Source: Candidatus Latescibacterota bacterium (GTDB taxonomy: Bacteria; Latescibacterota; UBA2968; GCA-2709665). From it: a stretch of 64,000 nt of DNA. The position numbers were made by a program, and so were the translations under genes. The stretch spans positions 2,464,001-2,528,000 of the forward strand of contig CBDDDZ010000005.1 of assembly GCA_965226795.1 (NCBI GenBank), in the 5' to 3' direction. A model generated the notes under the pieces. It saw only the letters and a program-made list of their open reading frames with translations, searched no databases and was not told where the DNA came from. Each line of letters starts with the position of its first letter. Within the stretch, counting starts at the first letter, position 1. Below, piece by piece: positions 1-10,218 of this stretch.

Positions 1-663
1 GATCCGGGCGCCATGGGAAAACGCGGCACGAGGGAGAAGGACATTGTATTAAAGGTTTCCATACGCCTGAAAAAGCTGCTCGAAGAGCGGCTTCGCGTAA
101 GAGCCGTGTTAACGCGCAGTACGGACACGTTCGTTACGCTCGGACAACGCGCCCGCAATGCCAGGAAGAATCAGGGCAAACTTTTTGTGAGCCTTCACTG
201 CAACGCGAGCAGAAATCGCCGTGCGCGCGGCTTAGAGGTCTACTTTCTTTCCGAGGCCAAGACGGACGAAGCCGCCGAAGTGGCACGGCGGGAAAACGCC
301 GTCCTCCGCCTGGAAGAACAGGATGATGCGGTGACCATGGATGAAGTCGAAGGTATACAGTTCGGCCTTCTCTCTACTCAGTTTCTGAAAGAAAGCCAGG
401 ATCTGGCGGCCGATATTCGCGCCGAGGTCATAGAAAACCTGAGGCCAATGCCCGACCGCGGCGTACGGCAGGCCAACTTCTACGTGATGAGAGGTACGAT
501 GGGGCACATGCCTTCGGTTCTTGTGGAAATGGGCTTTATCTCCAACCCCGGAGAAGAAAGTCAGATGCGAAAGTGGACGTTTCAACGTGAAATGGCCGAA
601 GCCATCTTCAGCGGTATCCGAAATTTCAAACAACGATATGAACGACAACTCACCCAAAACTGA
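1..663 (+). CDS. N-acetylmuramoyl-L-alanine amidase (Amidase_3), 5'-truncated by window edge
   Basis: Frame open from base 1 (DPGAMG..EKD); motifs LFVSLHCNA and SVLVEMGFISNP typical of AmiA/B/C catalytic domain. Confidence 0.92.
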   Translation, partial: DPGAMGKRGTREKDIVLKVSIRLKKLLEERLRVRAVLTRSTDTFVTLGQRARNARKNQGKLFVSLHCNASRNRRARGLEVYFLSEAKTDEAAEVARRENAVLRLEEQDDAVTMDEVEGIQFGLLSTQFLKESQDLAADIRAEVIENLRPMPDRGVRQANFYVMRGTMGHMPSVLVEMGFISNPGEESQMRKWTFQREMAEAIFSGIRNFKQRYERQLTQN

Positions 664-1531
664 TCGTCCGTTGCGGATCGACCTTCCCGGCGGCGATCCG
701 GGATACTATTACGATCCCCGGGTTACGGCCGGTCTGCATGGCGAAATCAGACTCTCACCCAGGGTCGAAAGATATTGCCGATGCGGCGGCAAGCCGCCTT
801 ATCAGATTTTCCAACGGTCGGATGCCGAACCGGCCTGGTGCCCGTGTCGACGCTACCGGCTGAAGACACACGAGATCCACCGGCTCATCAGAAACTCCGG
901 CATCCCCGGTCCGTTTCGATACAAATTCCTGGACGATTTCTACGAAAAATACGAAGGAAAACCAATCGGCGGCGCAGACCAGCTCAAACGCCATCTCGGC
1001 AACCTGATCGAAAAAGCCCGCAAGCTGAACGCCTCGCACGGGCCCGGCGCAAAAGCAGCCGCTCCCCTCACGATTAGAGGATACTTTCTGTCGGGCAAAC
1101 CCGGTGTGGGCAAGACCTACTTCTCCTACGTCGCGCTCAACGAACTCATCTTCCACTCGGGGCGTCCCGGAAAATTCATCAGCCTGTCAAAGGCATTCTT
1201 CCAGACACTGCGATTCGCGTTTGACGAAAACAGTCCGATGCATGGTAAATCCGAGGCCTTTTTGCGCGACCTCGGCAACGTCCCGTACCTTGTCATCGAC
1301 GACTTTGGCGTGCAGCGGAATACGGAATGGGAGCTGGAAATGCTTTACAACCTGGTGGATACAAGATACGCCAGCCGGCGTTTCACGATTTTCACCACCA
1401 ACCAGGACATTGAAAACGTGAAAGACCTGGCGGAGGGCAGGCTCTATTCGAGGTTTATTGAAATGTGTTATATCATCCGCATCCGGGCATCGGACTTCCG
1501 GGAACACGCCAGGAAGGAATATGAAATATGA
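638..1531 (+). CDS. DnaC/DnaI/IstB-like AAA+ ATPase with N-terminal Cys cluster
   Basis: Walker A GKPGVGKT, Walker B LVIDDFG, IFTTN and RLYSR motifs; CRC...CPC putative Zn site. ATG 638 chosen (overlaps amidase 3' end). Confidence 0.8.
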   Translation: MNDNSPKTDRPLRIDLPGGDPGYYYDPRVTAGLHGEIRLSPRVERYCRCGGKPPYQIFQRSDAEPAWCPCRRYRLKTHEIHRLIRNSGIPGPFRYKFLDDFYEKYEGKPIGGADQLKRHLGNLIEKARKLNASHGPGAKAAAPLTIRGYFLSGKPGVGKTYFSYVALNELIFHSGRPGKFISLSKAFFQTLRFAFDENSPMHGKSEAFLRDLGNVPYLVIDDFGVQRNTEWELEMLYNLVDTRYASRRFTIFTTNQDIENVKDLAEGRLYSRFIEMCYIIRIRASDFREHARKEYEI

Positions 1532-1616
1532 GATCCGGGTTCAGATGAGGGCGAGTTCCACTATTCCAATTCGCTTCTTCGGTTCTAAACGATTCACCGC
1601 CATTTGCAGGTTTCCC

Positions 1617-2207
1617 ATGTCGTCTCTTGTGGCAGCCACGAAAAATCCCGGCAAGCTCAGAGAGATCCGGGAAATACTGGGTTCGGAAGTCAGGGTCCGT
1701 TCTCTGGCCGACTTCCCCAACATCGGGGATATAGTGGAGGACGGCAGGACGTTCGAGGCCAACGCCATCAAAAAAGCGCTTTCCGTATCCTTCCATACCG
1801 GCCACGTGTCCCTGGCCGATGACTCCGGCCTGGAGGTGGACGCGCTCGACGGAGCGCCGGGTGTTTGTTCGGCGCGATTCGCGGGCGAAAACGCCACCGA
1901 CGAACAGAACAACCGCAAGCTTCTCCGGCTCCTCGAAGATATCCCTGGCGCAGAACGGACGGCCCGATTTCGCTGCGTGATTGCCATCGGCGCACCCGAC
2001 GGCTCGGTACAGACGGCCGAGGGCAGAGCGGAGGGCCTGATCCTGTGCAGCCCGCGGGGAACGGGCGGGTTCGGCTACGACCCCCTATTTCTGGTGCCCG
2101 GCATCCGGTGTACGTTTGCCGAACTCTCGCCCCGGGAAAAAAACAGACTCAGCCATCGGGGTAAAGCCCTGCGCTCCATGTTCCCACTGCTGCGCAAGTT
2201 TCTTTGA
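1617..2207 (+). CDS. rdgB: Non-canonical purine NTP pyrophosphatase (RdgB/HAM1)
   Basis: ATKNPGKLRE, ADDSGLEVDALDGAPG, GFGYDPLF and SHRGKA signature motifs. Confidence 0.95.
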   Translation: MSSLVAATKNPGKLREIREILGSEVRVRSLADFPNIGDIVEDGRTFEANAIKKALSVSFHTGHVSLADDSGLEVDALDGAPGVCSARFAGENATDEQNNRKLLRLLEDIPGAERTARFRCVIAIGAPDGSVQTAEGRAEGLILCSPRGTGGFGYDPLFLVPGIRCTFAELSPREKNRLSHRGKALRSMFPLLRKFL

Positions 2208-2260
2208 TCCGTGTGTTACGCCGCCCAGGCATTACCTGCACCCGGTGCCTTTCCGGCTGC

Positions 2261-2476
2261 TCAATCCGTCTTGGAATCGCCCGCGTCCGCACGGCGTTGA
2301 TACCGCCTCATCCGCCTCGCAAAGATCCAGATCAATCCCGCCACCGCCAGGTATTTCAACACCTCCCACACCCACCCCTCCCATCCCAGAATCACTGGCC
2401 AAAGCGCAAATAGCGACAGCAGGATGAACAAATCCTCCAACGCAACCCAGATGCGGCGTTCATTGCCTTTTGACAT
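2261..2476 (-). CDS. Small hypothetical membrane protein (2 TM helices)
   Basis: 71 aa, two hydrophobic stretches followed by a basic tail; purine-rich RBS (GAGGGGAGAGG) before ATG. Confidence 0.7.
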   Translation of the reverse strand: MSKGNERRIWVALEDLFILLSLFALWPVILGWEGWVWEVLKYLAVAGLIWIFARRMRRYQRRADAGDSKTD

Positions 2477-2691
2477 GGATCTATCCTCTCCCCTCGGGCC
2501 TGCCTGGTTTTACGACCGTTCCGGAACTGCCTGCGGATTCCGATTCCCGGATGGGCTGATTGAAATCTCCGCCCCGGAAGCATAGGCAGAATGCCTGAAT
2601 GCAATTCGCGACCACCCGCTGCAAAAACACCTGGCCTCCGGTCGTTTCTACACGGGCGCACGGCGTCAGGGTTGGCAACGTCGCCAGTGGT

Positions 2692-4872
2692 TCATCTCCC
2701 CGAGTCCGTCTCCTGCTGCAGATACGAATACACCTGATAATTCCGATACACGAGCTTCACGTAATTGCGCGTCTCCCGATACGGTATGCTCTCTACGAAC
2801 TCATCCACGTCGTGCGCCGGGAGCCGACTCGACCATTTCCGCGCCACATCCAACCCTGCGTTGTAGGCCGATAATGCCAGGCCGAGCCGTCTGTCTTTAC
2901 TGCTCCTGAAATACCGGAAATGATCGGCCAGATGCCTGGCGCCCAGCCGAATGGACGTCTGTGGATTCCACAGATCTTCCGTAGAGATACCTCTGAGACG
3001 CAGTTTGCGCGCCATCTGGCGTCCCGTGGCCGGCATCACCTGCATTAATCCGCGTGCGCCCGCCCGGGACAATGCCATTTCATCAAACGCACTTTCCTGG
3101 CGGATAATTGCAAGTACCAGATTGGGGTCGAGCCCGAAATCCTGAGCGGTCCGGCTGATCTCGCCCAAGTAATAGGTAGGGTACAGTCTGCGAAACGATG
3201 TGAGCGTAACCGGCATCCCCCGTTCGCGTTCCAGATTGACGATCAGGCCGGCTATCCGGAGCGCCTGGTTCATCGCTCCAATGCGTTCAAATCGCCGCTG
3301 CAATTCACTCAGGGCGTAGATCTCACTTCTATGCGCCCATCCTGCGTGTCTGTATTCCTGTTCCGCTTCATCGTAAAGTCCCAGGTCCGCCAACCTGTCT
3401 CCTTTCAACAGGTAGGGCGACGGTTCATATGGCGGATGACGTCCGTTGACCCCCTGAGATGTCGGCGCTGGAGGGCAGGCCCTGTCCTTCAATGCCAGAA
3501 TCGCCCGCGCCCGGGCAGCATAGTACGAGGTTGGAAATCCGGCTGCGGCCCGACGAATCCAATTGGCGCCCAACTCCTTACGGCCTGCCCGCTGATAGGA
3601 CTTGCCAGCCCAGTAGTAGCCCTGGTCTCTCATGTAATTCTCGGTCGTCCGGTCCGCCAGCTTCAGAAAGACCCGCGCGGCCTCCTCGAACCGGTCCATT
3701 ACGTAGAGTGCATAACCCGCACGCCACCTGGCGCGGTCGGCCAGTTGACTTCCGGGATAACGAGCGGCCAGATTCAAAAACACTTCGCGTGCCTTTGCGC
3801 GCCTTCCCCGCCTCTCATACGCCATTGCGGCCTGCCAGAGCGCCTCGGCAGCCCCCGGCGTTGCAGGATACTTACGCGCGAACGATTGAAACCGCCCGGC
3901 CGCCTTTAAATCGTGCCCCAATTTCACAGAACAGCGGCCCAGATGAAATAATGCCTTCGGTACCCGGTACCGGCGATGGGCCTCCTGGAACGCGCGTTCC
4001 GCCGTACGGTAGTCCTTTCGTTTGTAGTGGGTCAGCCCCAGTTCCTGTTGCGCCCGACCCTGCCAGGCGATATCACCGGACTCCTTTACGATCTGTCGAA
4101 ACATCCGAACCGCTTCTCGAAACCGCCGGTGGCTTGAATAAGCGACCGCCCCGTAAAACCGTTCCTGTACCGTTCGCAATTGGCCCAGCGAACCCAACGC
4201 GTCAAATGCCTCCGGCGACTCCGGATGATCCCGCACGAGGCGTAGCCGAATTCGCTGCGCCTCCGTGGAATCCCCCGAGACCTCCAACGCACCTGAAAGG
4301 CCCGCCAGCGCCTGGACCTCCTGCTGGCTCCCATCGGACAGCCGCCGGTACATCAGGGCAGCCTCCCGTGCCCGTCCCGCCCGCATCTGGTGCTCGGCCG
4401 CCTGGAGTGCCGCGTCCTCCAACAGCCTGCCCGATGGCCGCGTGTCCACAACCCGCGCAAAATACACCAACGCGCTGTCCGCCCGCCCAAGCCCCTCGTG
4501 ACATTCCGCCTGCCAGAAATCCATGTAATCGCTAATTCCCGCAGACGCCTTCTCCAAAGCGCGGAATCCGTTCAATGCGTCTTCAAAGCGCCCGAGCGCC
4601 TTCAAACACAGCGCCTGCTGAAGCCGTGCCCTGCGAATCGCCCAATCATCCAACCCGGTCAAATCCATTCGAGTCAGCATGTGCAACGCGTTCCGGTACG
4701 CGGCACGAGCAATCAGCGTCTCTGCCCGGGACAGCGGGTCCAGGCGCTCGCCTCTCCCCAACCTCCCCGGGACCGTCAGAACAGCCGCCGTCACAAGCGC
4801 CAGGGTAATTCCGGCAAGCCAGACCTCCCCTAACCTGACGCCGACAAGGACATTCACGGAATGGGATTTCAT
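2692..4872 (-). CDS. Soluble lytic murein transglycosylase (Slt-like) with TPR repeats
   Basis: C-terminal SLT motifs IRQESAF, GARGLMQVMP, AYNAG, ESIPYRETRNYV; TPR-like helical N-terminal region; N-terminal hydrophobic anchor. Confidence 0.92.
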   Translation of the reverse strand: MKSHSVNVLVGVRLGEVWLAGITLALVTAAVLTVPGRLGRGERLDPLSRAETLIARAAYRNALHMLTRMDLTGLDDWAIRRARLQQALCLKALGRFEDALNGFRALEKASAGISDYMDFWQAECHEGLGRADSALVYFARVVDTRPSGRLLEDAALQAAEHQMRAGRAREAALMYRRLSDGSQQEVQALAGLSGALEVSGDSTEAQRIRLRLVRDHPESPEAFDALGSLGQLRTVQERFYGAVAYSSHRRFREAVRMFRQIVKESGDIAWQGRAQQELGLTHYKRKDYRTAERAFQEAHRRYRVPKALFHLGRCSVKLGHDLKAAGRFQSFARKYPATPGAAEALWQAAMAYERRGRRAKAREVFLNLAARYPGSQLADRARWRAGYALYVMDRFEEAARVFLKLADRTTENYMRDQGYYWAGKSYQRAGRKELGANWIRRAAAGFPTSYYAARARAILALKDRACPPAPTSQGVNGRHPPYEPSPYLLKGDRLADLGLYDEAEQEYRHAGWAHRSEIYALSELQRRFERIGAMNQALRIAGLIVNLERERGMPVTLTSFRRLYPTYYLGEISRTAQDFGLDPNLVLAIIRQESAFDEMALSRAGARGLMQVMPATGRQMARKLRLRGISTEDLWNPQTSIRLGARHLADHFRYFRSSKDRRLGLALSAYNAGLDVARKWSSRLPAHDVDEFVESIPYRETRNYVKLVYRNYQVYSYLQQETDSGR

Positions 4873-5043
4873 GGCTGGTAGACAATCGATGGCATCTGAA
4901 GTTCGGGCACGGGTGTCGATGTGTCGGGTACAGGTGTCGAGTATAATCGCGGGGGGATGGGATACGAAACGTCAAGGCCGGTCAGAACCTGGCTTATCCG
5001 TCGTCCGAGGGACAATTCACGCCGACACTTCGCGTTGCCGTCG

Positions 5044-5411
5044 CTATTGGAATAGCGGCTCTAAATCCTCAATGACGGCCAGTACGCCAAGGCAGGTGAA
5101 CACCAGTCCGCAAACGATATTCAGCGTGACGAGGAAAGAACCCATCCTGAACGGTCTGGGCAGATATTTGCGATCGGTCCATACCATGGCAAAGCACCAG
5201 GGTCCGGCCAACAGAACCCCTGTAATATGCAGCGGAATCATCATCATTGAAATCGGGTTCCAACCCACGCCCACACCGTTTCTCCGCTTCCAGTCGTTAC
5301 CGACGCGATGACGGCCCCGGGTCCGAAGAACTTCAGGAAGTCCAGGGCTCGCCGGGAGCGCAACTCCGGCGCCAATTCCGGAAAACGCTGCTTCTCTTCC
5401 TCAGGATTCAC
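5044..5411 (-). pseudogene. Nramp-like divalent-metal/solute transporter remnant with large internal deletion
   Basis: GTG 5411 reads MNPEEEKQRFPELAPELRSRRALDFLKFFGPGAVIASVTTGSGETVW (Nramp-family N-terminal GPG..GSGE motif). It joins out of frame near 5270 to a C-terminal two-helix segment (..MVWTDRKYLPRPFRMG..). Confidence 0.7.
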
Positions 5412-5507
5412 AATAGGCCCCTGCAGGTCTATGCTCTCGCGCTCGATATTGACCCGGCTTCTATTCCCGGCGCGAACGCCGGAGTCCGTGGTCGGTTCGG
5501 GAGTGTA

Positions 5508-6473
5508 CTACCTGATTGCGAACGGATTTCCCGGCGATCCGGTGGCGCCCTTGAGCCTCAGCGGCGCAAAGACGAACGCGAACTCAAACACGCCGTCTGC
5601 CGCCAGTTCGTCCAGGTCGAGATTCTCCAGAATATATACGCCGTTACGCTGGATCAGCAACTCGTGGACCTCGAACGCCCCGTCCGGATCTTCTCCGGGC
5701 ACGGCCTCGACCGCCCACGTATCGGCGCCGACCATGACGATTTTCTTTTTCAGCAGCCACCGCGCGGCTTCCAGCCCGATACCCGGCTGACCCGAGTTGT
5801 AAGTCTCGTTGTCCACTTTCCATAAACTTCCATGGCCGGTACGAAACAGTACGACATCCCCTTCCGTGACCTCTACACCCTGTTTTTTCAAGGCCCTTTC
5901 AATGTCAGCTGCGGTAATCACATAACCCACATCCAACCGCGCCAGCCCCTTGTGGCCCACCACGTCGACCAGAACGCCCCGGGTGAAAAACACACCCACG
6001 TTTTCAACGCCCAGTTTCTCCAGTCCGTAGGCGGTGCCAATCTCCGAACGCCTGAATCCATTGTAAAAGATGTCCTCATTGCCCTTGCGCGTACCGATGT
6101 GCCCCAATCCATCGAATTGGGTTCCCACCTGTCCGATCTCGCCGCTGAACATTTCGTCGTGCCAGATCAGCTGGTTCTCTCCGACAGGTCCTCCGGTTGG
6201 CGAACCGGGAATGGTCAGACTGTAATGCCGGTTGCCGAAGAGCGGAATTCCCGGCTCATAAACCCGTCCAAGCTGGTATGTCTTGCCCGCCTGGATCAAT
6301 CTCGCGGCCCCCAATACCTTCTGCGGGGTCAGCCGGTTCATTGCCCCTCTCTGATCTCCCGCCCCCCACTCGGACGGCCACCATTTATCGCCGCCGGCCC
6401 CTTCCTGTCCGAGGGCTGGAGTCATCACGATCAGGCATCCTGCAAACAACGCACATGCAAATCGATTTCGCAT
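5508..6473 (-). CDS. Cyclase family (kynurenine formamidase-like) protein, probably exported
   Basis: WGAGDQRG, GTQFDGLGH, GDVVLFRTG, GADTWAVE, ILENL, GATGSPGNP motifs; N-terminal signal-peptide-like sequence. Confidence 0.88.
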   Translation of the reverse strand: MRNRFACALFAGCLIVMTPALGQEGAGGDKWWPSEWGAGDQRGAMNRLTPQKVLGAARLIQAGKTYQLGRVYEPGIPLFGNRHYSLTIPGSPTGGPVGENQLIWHDEMFSGEIGQVGTQFDGLGHIGTRKGNEDIFYNGFRRSEIGTAYGLEKLGVENVGVFFTRGVLVDVVGHKGLARLDVGYVITAADIERALKKQGVEVTEGDVVLFRTGHGSLWKVDNETYNSGQPGIGLEAARWLLKKKIVMVGADTWAVEAVPGEDPDGAFEVHELLIQRNGVYILENLDLDELAADGVFEFAFVFAPLRLKGATGSPGNPFAIR

Positions 6474-6684
6474 TCCGGCCTCCTCTCGGGGTTTGGGTCG
6501 ACACTGTATCGGAACGCACCGGGATTATGATAATACCTCCAAAGTTCAAAGGCAAGCGCGGAATGCCCATATATCCCCAACGTACAGAAGGGTATTGCGC
6601 CTGGACCATGCACATGCTATTTTAGAAGCCGCCCGCCTGGCGGGGTACCGTTTCCGCACTCTGCATCTTTTTCGAGGCCCTCCA

Positions 6685-7708
6685 ATGAAGACCAAAACGC
6701 TAGGGAGGACCGGCCTGGAGATCCCCATTGTGGGTCTGGGTACCGGCTTTATCGGAATCGCGGATCCCAACCGCGCGGCATCGGAATACGAGTTCATGGA
6801 TGCGTGGACCACGGGTCGGCCGAGACCTTCCGGCGAAGGTGCCGGGCAGTCCAGCCATATGGATATCGAATTGGGAGTTGCAACGGTGCACGCGGCGATC
6901 GAAGCGGGCTCTACGCTGATCGATACCGCGCCGCTGTACGGTTCGGGCAACAGCGAATCCATTATTGGCCGGGCCCTCAGGCGACGTCCCGACCTCGCAA
7001 AACGATGCGCGGTTACCACAAAGGTCGGGCAGACGGCCGACGGACGGAACTATTCCTACGACGCCGTTATGCGGCAGGTAGAGGGAAGCCAGGACCGGCT
7101 GGGCATCGACGCCTTCGAAGTTCTCTACATCCGTGGACGACGCCATGGACATACCCGTAAAAGACGTTATGGGAAAGAATCGCGCCCTCGGCGCCCTTCG
7201 AAAACTGCAGGACACGGGCGTCACACGTTGTGTCGGCACCGCCGCCAACGACCCCCGCACCAACGCCTGGTACATCGAAACGGGGGAATTCGATGCCGCC
7301 GTCGTTCCGGAAGCGCTCAGCCTCATCAATCAGCTTGCCGCCGATCGAATCCTGCCGGCGGCGGTCAGACACAACGTGGGCCTCCTGATCGCCACACCCG
7401 TAGAACGGGGGCTGCTTGCCACCGGTCCTGTAGACGGCATCAACTACCTCGCCCGGAAATTCAGCCAGACCTGCCTGGACCACGTGGCGAGAATCCAGGA
7501 CCTTTGCACGAGCCACGGCGTCCCCATGGTTGCGGCAGCCCTTCAATGGTGCACACGACATCCACAGGTTGCCGCCACCATCCCCGGCGCCCGTGTTCCG
7601 TCCGAGGCCCGTGCCAATGCCAACGCCGGAGCCGTTGATATACCTGAAGCATTCTGGATAGATCTCGGCCACCTCATCCGCCACTTTGAAGTCGACGTGG
7701 ACCGGTAG
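6685..7708 (+). pseudogene. Aldo/keto reductase, frameshifted
   Basis: N-half LGRTGL..IDTAPLYGSGNSE..TTKVG and C-half AAALQW..TIPGA are in different frames; removing GTGG at 7133-7136 restores LYIHDAMD. Confidence 0.85.
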
Positions 7709-7762
7709 GCCCGAATCGCGCCGGGCACCGCACGCAATTGAAGTATCAGGGCTCTCCATCTT

Positions 7763-8653
7763 ATGTCTTTAAAACTGACCCTCCTGGGCACCGGAACTCC
7801 CACCCCTCTTTTCCACCGCGCAGGTTCCGGCTACCTCGTCACCTTCGACGAGGAAGTCCTGCTGTTCGACTGCGGCCCGGGTGTCGCACGACGCCTCCTC
7901 GAAGCGGCGGTCCCTCCCCAGGCGTTGACGCGCCTCTTCCTTACCCACCTCCACTACGACCACTGCGTGGACTACGCATGTATCGTACTCACCCGCTGGG
8001 ATCAGGGTGCGGGAAAGATCCCGGAGCTTGAGGTATTCGGTCCGGCTCCTTTGAAACGCATGACCGAACGGCTCCTCGGATCCGACGGCGCCTTCGGTCC
8101 CGACCTCGACGCCCGGACACGGCACCCCGGCAGCGAGTTCGTTTACGAACGGCGGGGCGGAATTCTGCCCCGGAAACGCCCCGACCCCCTCGTCACCGAA
8201 GTTGCGGACGGCTCATGCATTCAGGGTGGTAACTGGCGAGTCGAAACCGCCGAAGTCATCCATGTCCAACCGCAGCTCACTTGCCTGGCCTTCCGGCTGG
8301 ACACACCCTACGGGACGATTGTTTTCGGAGGAGACACGGCGCCGACCCGCCGCCTGACGGACCTGGCGCGGGATGCGGACGTCCTCATCCACATGTGCCA
8401 CTTGATCAACGACGTTGAACTCGACCCGCGAATCACAGGTTGCTGTTCCGGACACCTCGACGCCGCCCGGACCGCCTCGGAAGCGGACGTCGGCACCCTT
8501 GTCCTGACTCACGTCACCGAACAACTGGAACCACCCGGCGTCCGTGAACGCCTCGTGGCCGAAGCCGCGCGCATTTTCGGCGGCCACATCGTCTTCGCGG
8601 AAGATCTCATGGAAGTGCCCGTGGGTCCCATCGATCCGAAGCCCATTCAGTAG
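7763..8653 (+). CDS. MBL-fold metallo-hydrolase (RNase Z/AtsA-like)
   Basis: LLGTGTP, FDCGPG, THLHYDH, GDTAP, LTH motifs. Confidence 0.88.
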   Translation: MSLKLTLLGTGTPTPLFHRAGSGYLVTFDEEVLLFDCGPGVARRLLEAAVPPQALTRLFLTHLHYDHCVDYACIVLTRWDQGAGKIPELEVFGPAPLKRMTERLLGSDGAFGPDLDARTRHPGSEFVYERRGGILPRKRPDPLVTEVADGSCIQGGNWRVETAEVIHVQPQLTCLAFRLDTPYGTIVFGGDTAPTRRLTDLARDADVLIHMCHLINDVELDPRITGCCSGHLDAARTASEADVGTLVLTHVTEQLEPPGVRERLVAEAARIFGGHIVFAEDLMEVPVGPIDPKPIQ

Positions 8654-8734
8654 CCTGTATGGGGCGCACTGCGTCCGCCCTGTTTCGCGATTTCCTTTTT
8701 TCAATCCCACGACTCATATGTCAGGAGTTTCCAG

Positions 8735-10099
8735 ATGAGGGCCCTCATCCTGGCCGCCGGAAAAGGCGACCGATTCTATCCCTTCAACCACTATCGTCCC
8801 AAGCCCATGTTTCCCGTATGCAACCGGCCCCTGCTGGAGTGGATCGTCGAACGCATCGTTGGCGCGGGCATCACGGACGTGGGCATCGTCGTCGGCCATC
8901 GACAGGGTCGCATACGAAACCATTTTTCCGACGGCGACAGGTTCGGATGCAGGATTACCTTTATTGAACAGGGGGAACAACTCGGCACGGCCCACGCCGT
9001 CTGCGCCGCGGCAGGCTTCATCGGCAACGACGACTTTCTGGTCGTCTACGGCGACGTCTTCTTCGAGCCGATCATCCTTTCGCAACTCCTTGATGCATTC
9101 TCCGACCGTTCCGTTGCCGCGGTACACCATAGCGAGCAGCTCAACCGGCGCATTCGCGTGGAAACCGATACCCGTGAAAACATCGTCAACTACACCTGGA
9201 AGCCCCGGTCATCCACCGGCACCGCGCTGTCGGGCCTTTTCATATTCAGGAACGGCGCGCTTCAGGATCTTGCCAGTACGTCGGATTTTGTATCGAATGT
9301 ACAAAACGGCGTCACGCCGCCCGAGGGCCACGAAATCGCCGATGCCCTGCCGCTCATGTTCCGGGAAGGCCGGCCCGCCGCCGCCGTCCGCACGGAAGGT
9401 ACGTGCTTCGACATGGACATGCCGTGGGAACCCCTGGCCGTCTGTCGTCTGGCCTTGCGTGAAATGGCCAGGGACCTGCAGGACTCTCAGACAGCGGCAA
9501 CGGCGCGGATCGATCCCGGCGCGCACATCGACGGCCCGGTGTTTGTCGACGATGGCGCGACAATCTCAGCCGGCGCACGTATCAGCGGACCGGCCTGGAT
9601 CGGCAGAAACACGCATGTTTTCGAAGGTTCCCAGATTGCGTCGGGCACCGTTATCGGAGACGACTGCCGGATAGGGCCCTTCGCGAAGGTCTCTGGTTTT
9701 GTTGACCGCAACAACCACATCACCTTTCTCGGCGAGTTCAGTGGCGTCATTCTGGCCGGCGGTCGAATCACCCACCAGATGCAAATTGCCGGTATCTATG
9801 GCGAAGGCGCGGAATTCGGCGCCGGCACCCAGGTGGGTACGCTCCGATTCGACGATGGACCCACGCAGGTTGAAGTGAAAGGAATCCGTCGTCCCGCGCC
9901 AGGATTCTCCGGCGCCCTCTTCGGCGACTACGCGCGCACCGGCGTGGGAACCATCCTCATGCCCGGCCGCATTGCCGGCCCCGGCGCCATGGTCGGTCCC
10001 GGCGTCGTTCTGATGAAAAACGCGCCAGCTCACAAGGCCGTTATTCTGAAGCAGGAGCATCAGGAAATAGACTGGGGGCCGGAAATCTACGATCGTTAA
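8735..10099 (+). CDS. Bifunctional sugar-1-phosphate nucleotidyltransferase/acetyltransferase-like protein (NTP transferase + hexapeptide repeats)
   Basis: ILAAGKGDR..PKPM, QLGTAHA, YGD motifs; C-terminal left-handed beta-helix repeats. Confidence 0.85.
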   Translation: MRALILAAGKGDRFYPFNHYRPKPMFPVCNRPLLEWIVERIVGAGITDVGIVVGHRQGRIRNHFSDGDRFGCRITFIEQGEQLGTAHAVCAAAGFIGNDDFLVVYGDVFFEPIILSQLLDAFSDRSVAAVHHSEQLNRRIRVETDTRENIVNYTWKPRSSTGTALSGLFIFRNGALQDLASTSDFVSNVQNGVTPPEGHEIADALPLMFREGRPAAAVRTEGTCFDMDMPWEPLAVCRLALREMARDLQDSQTAATARIDPGAHIDGPVFVDDGATISAGARISGPAWIGRNTHVFEGSQIASGTVIGDDCRIGPFAKVSGFVDRNNHITFLGEFSGVILAGGRITHQMQIAGIYGEGAEFGAGTQVGTLRFDDGPTQVEVKGIRRPAPGFSGALFGDYARTGVGTILMPGRIAGPGAMVGPGVVLMKNAPAHKAVILKQEHQEIDWGPEIYDR

Positions 10100-10218
10100 G
10101 ATTCTACTCTAAATCCCCGGTGCGTTCCCGAGCACGAGCGAAAACGTATCGGTCGACGCCTTTCCAGCCGCGCGAAGACCGCTGGGGGTGTTAAGACAGC
10201 TTCCAAGACGGAGGGTCG

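Noticed and set aside
638..1531. IS21 element
   Set aside because: No IstA transposase or terminal inverted repeats adjacent.
2481..2678. 65-aa ORF between slt and the small membrane protein
   Set aside because: TTG start, no clear RBS and no recognisable motif; probably non-coding.
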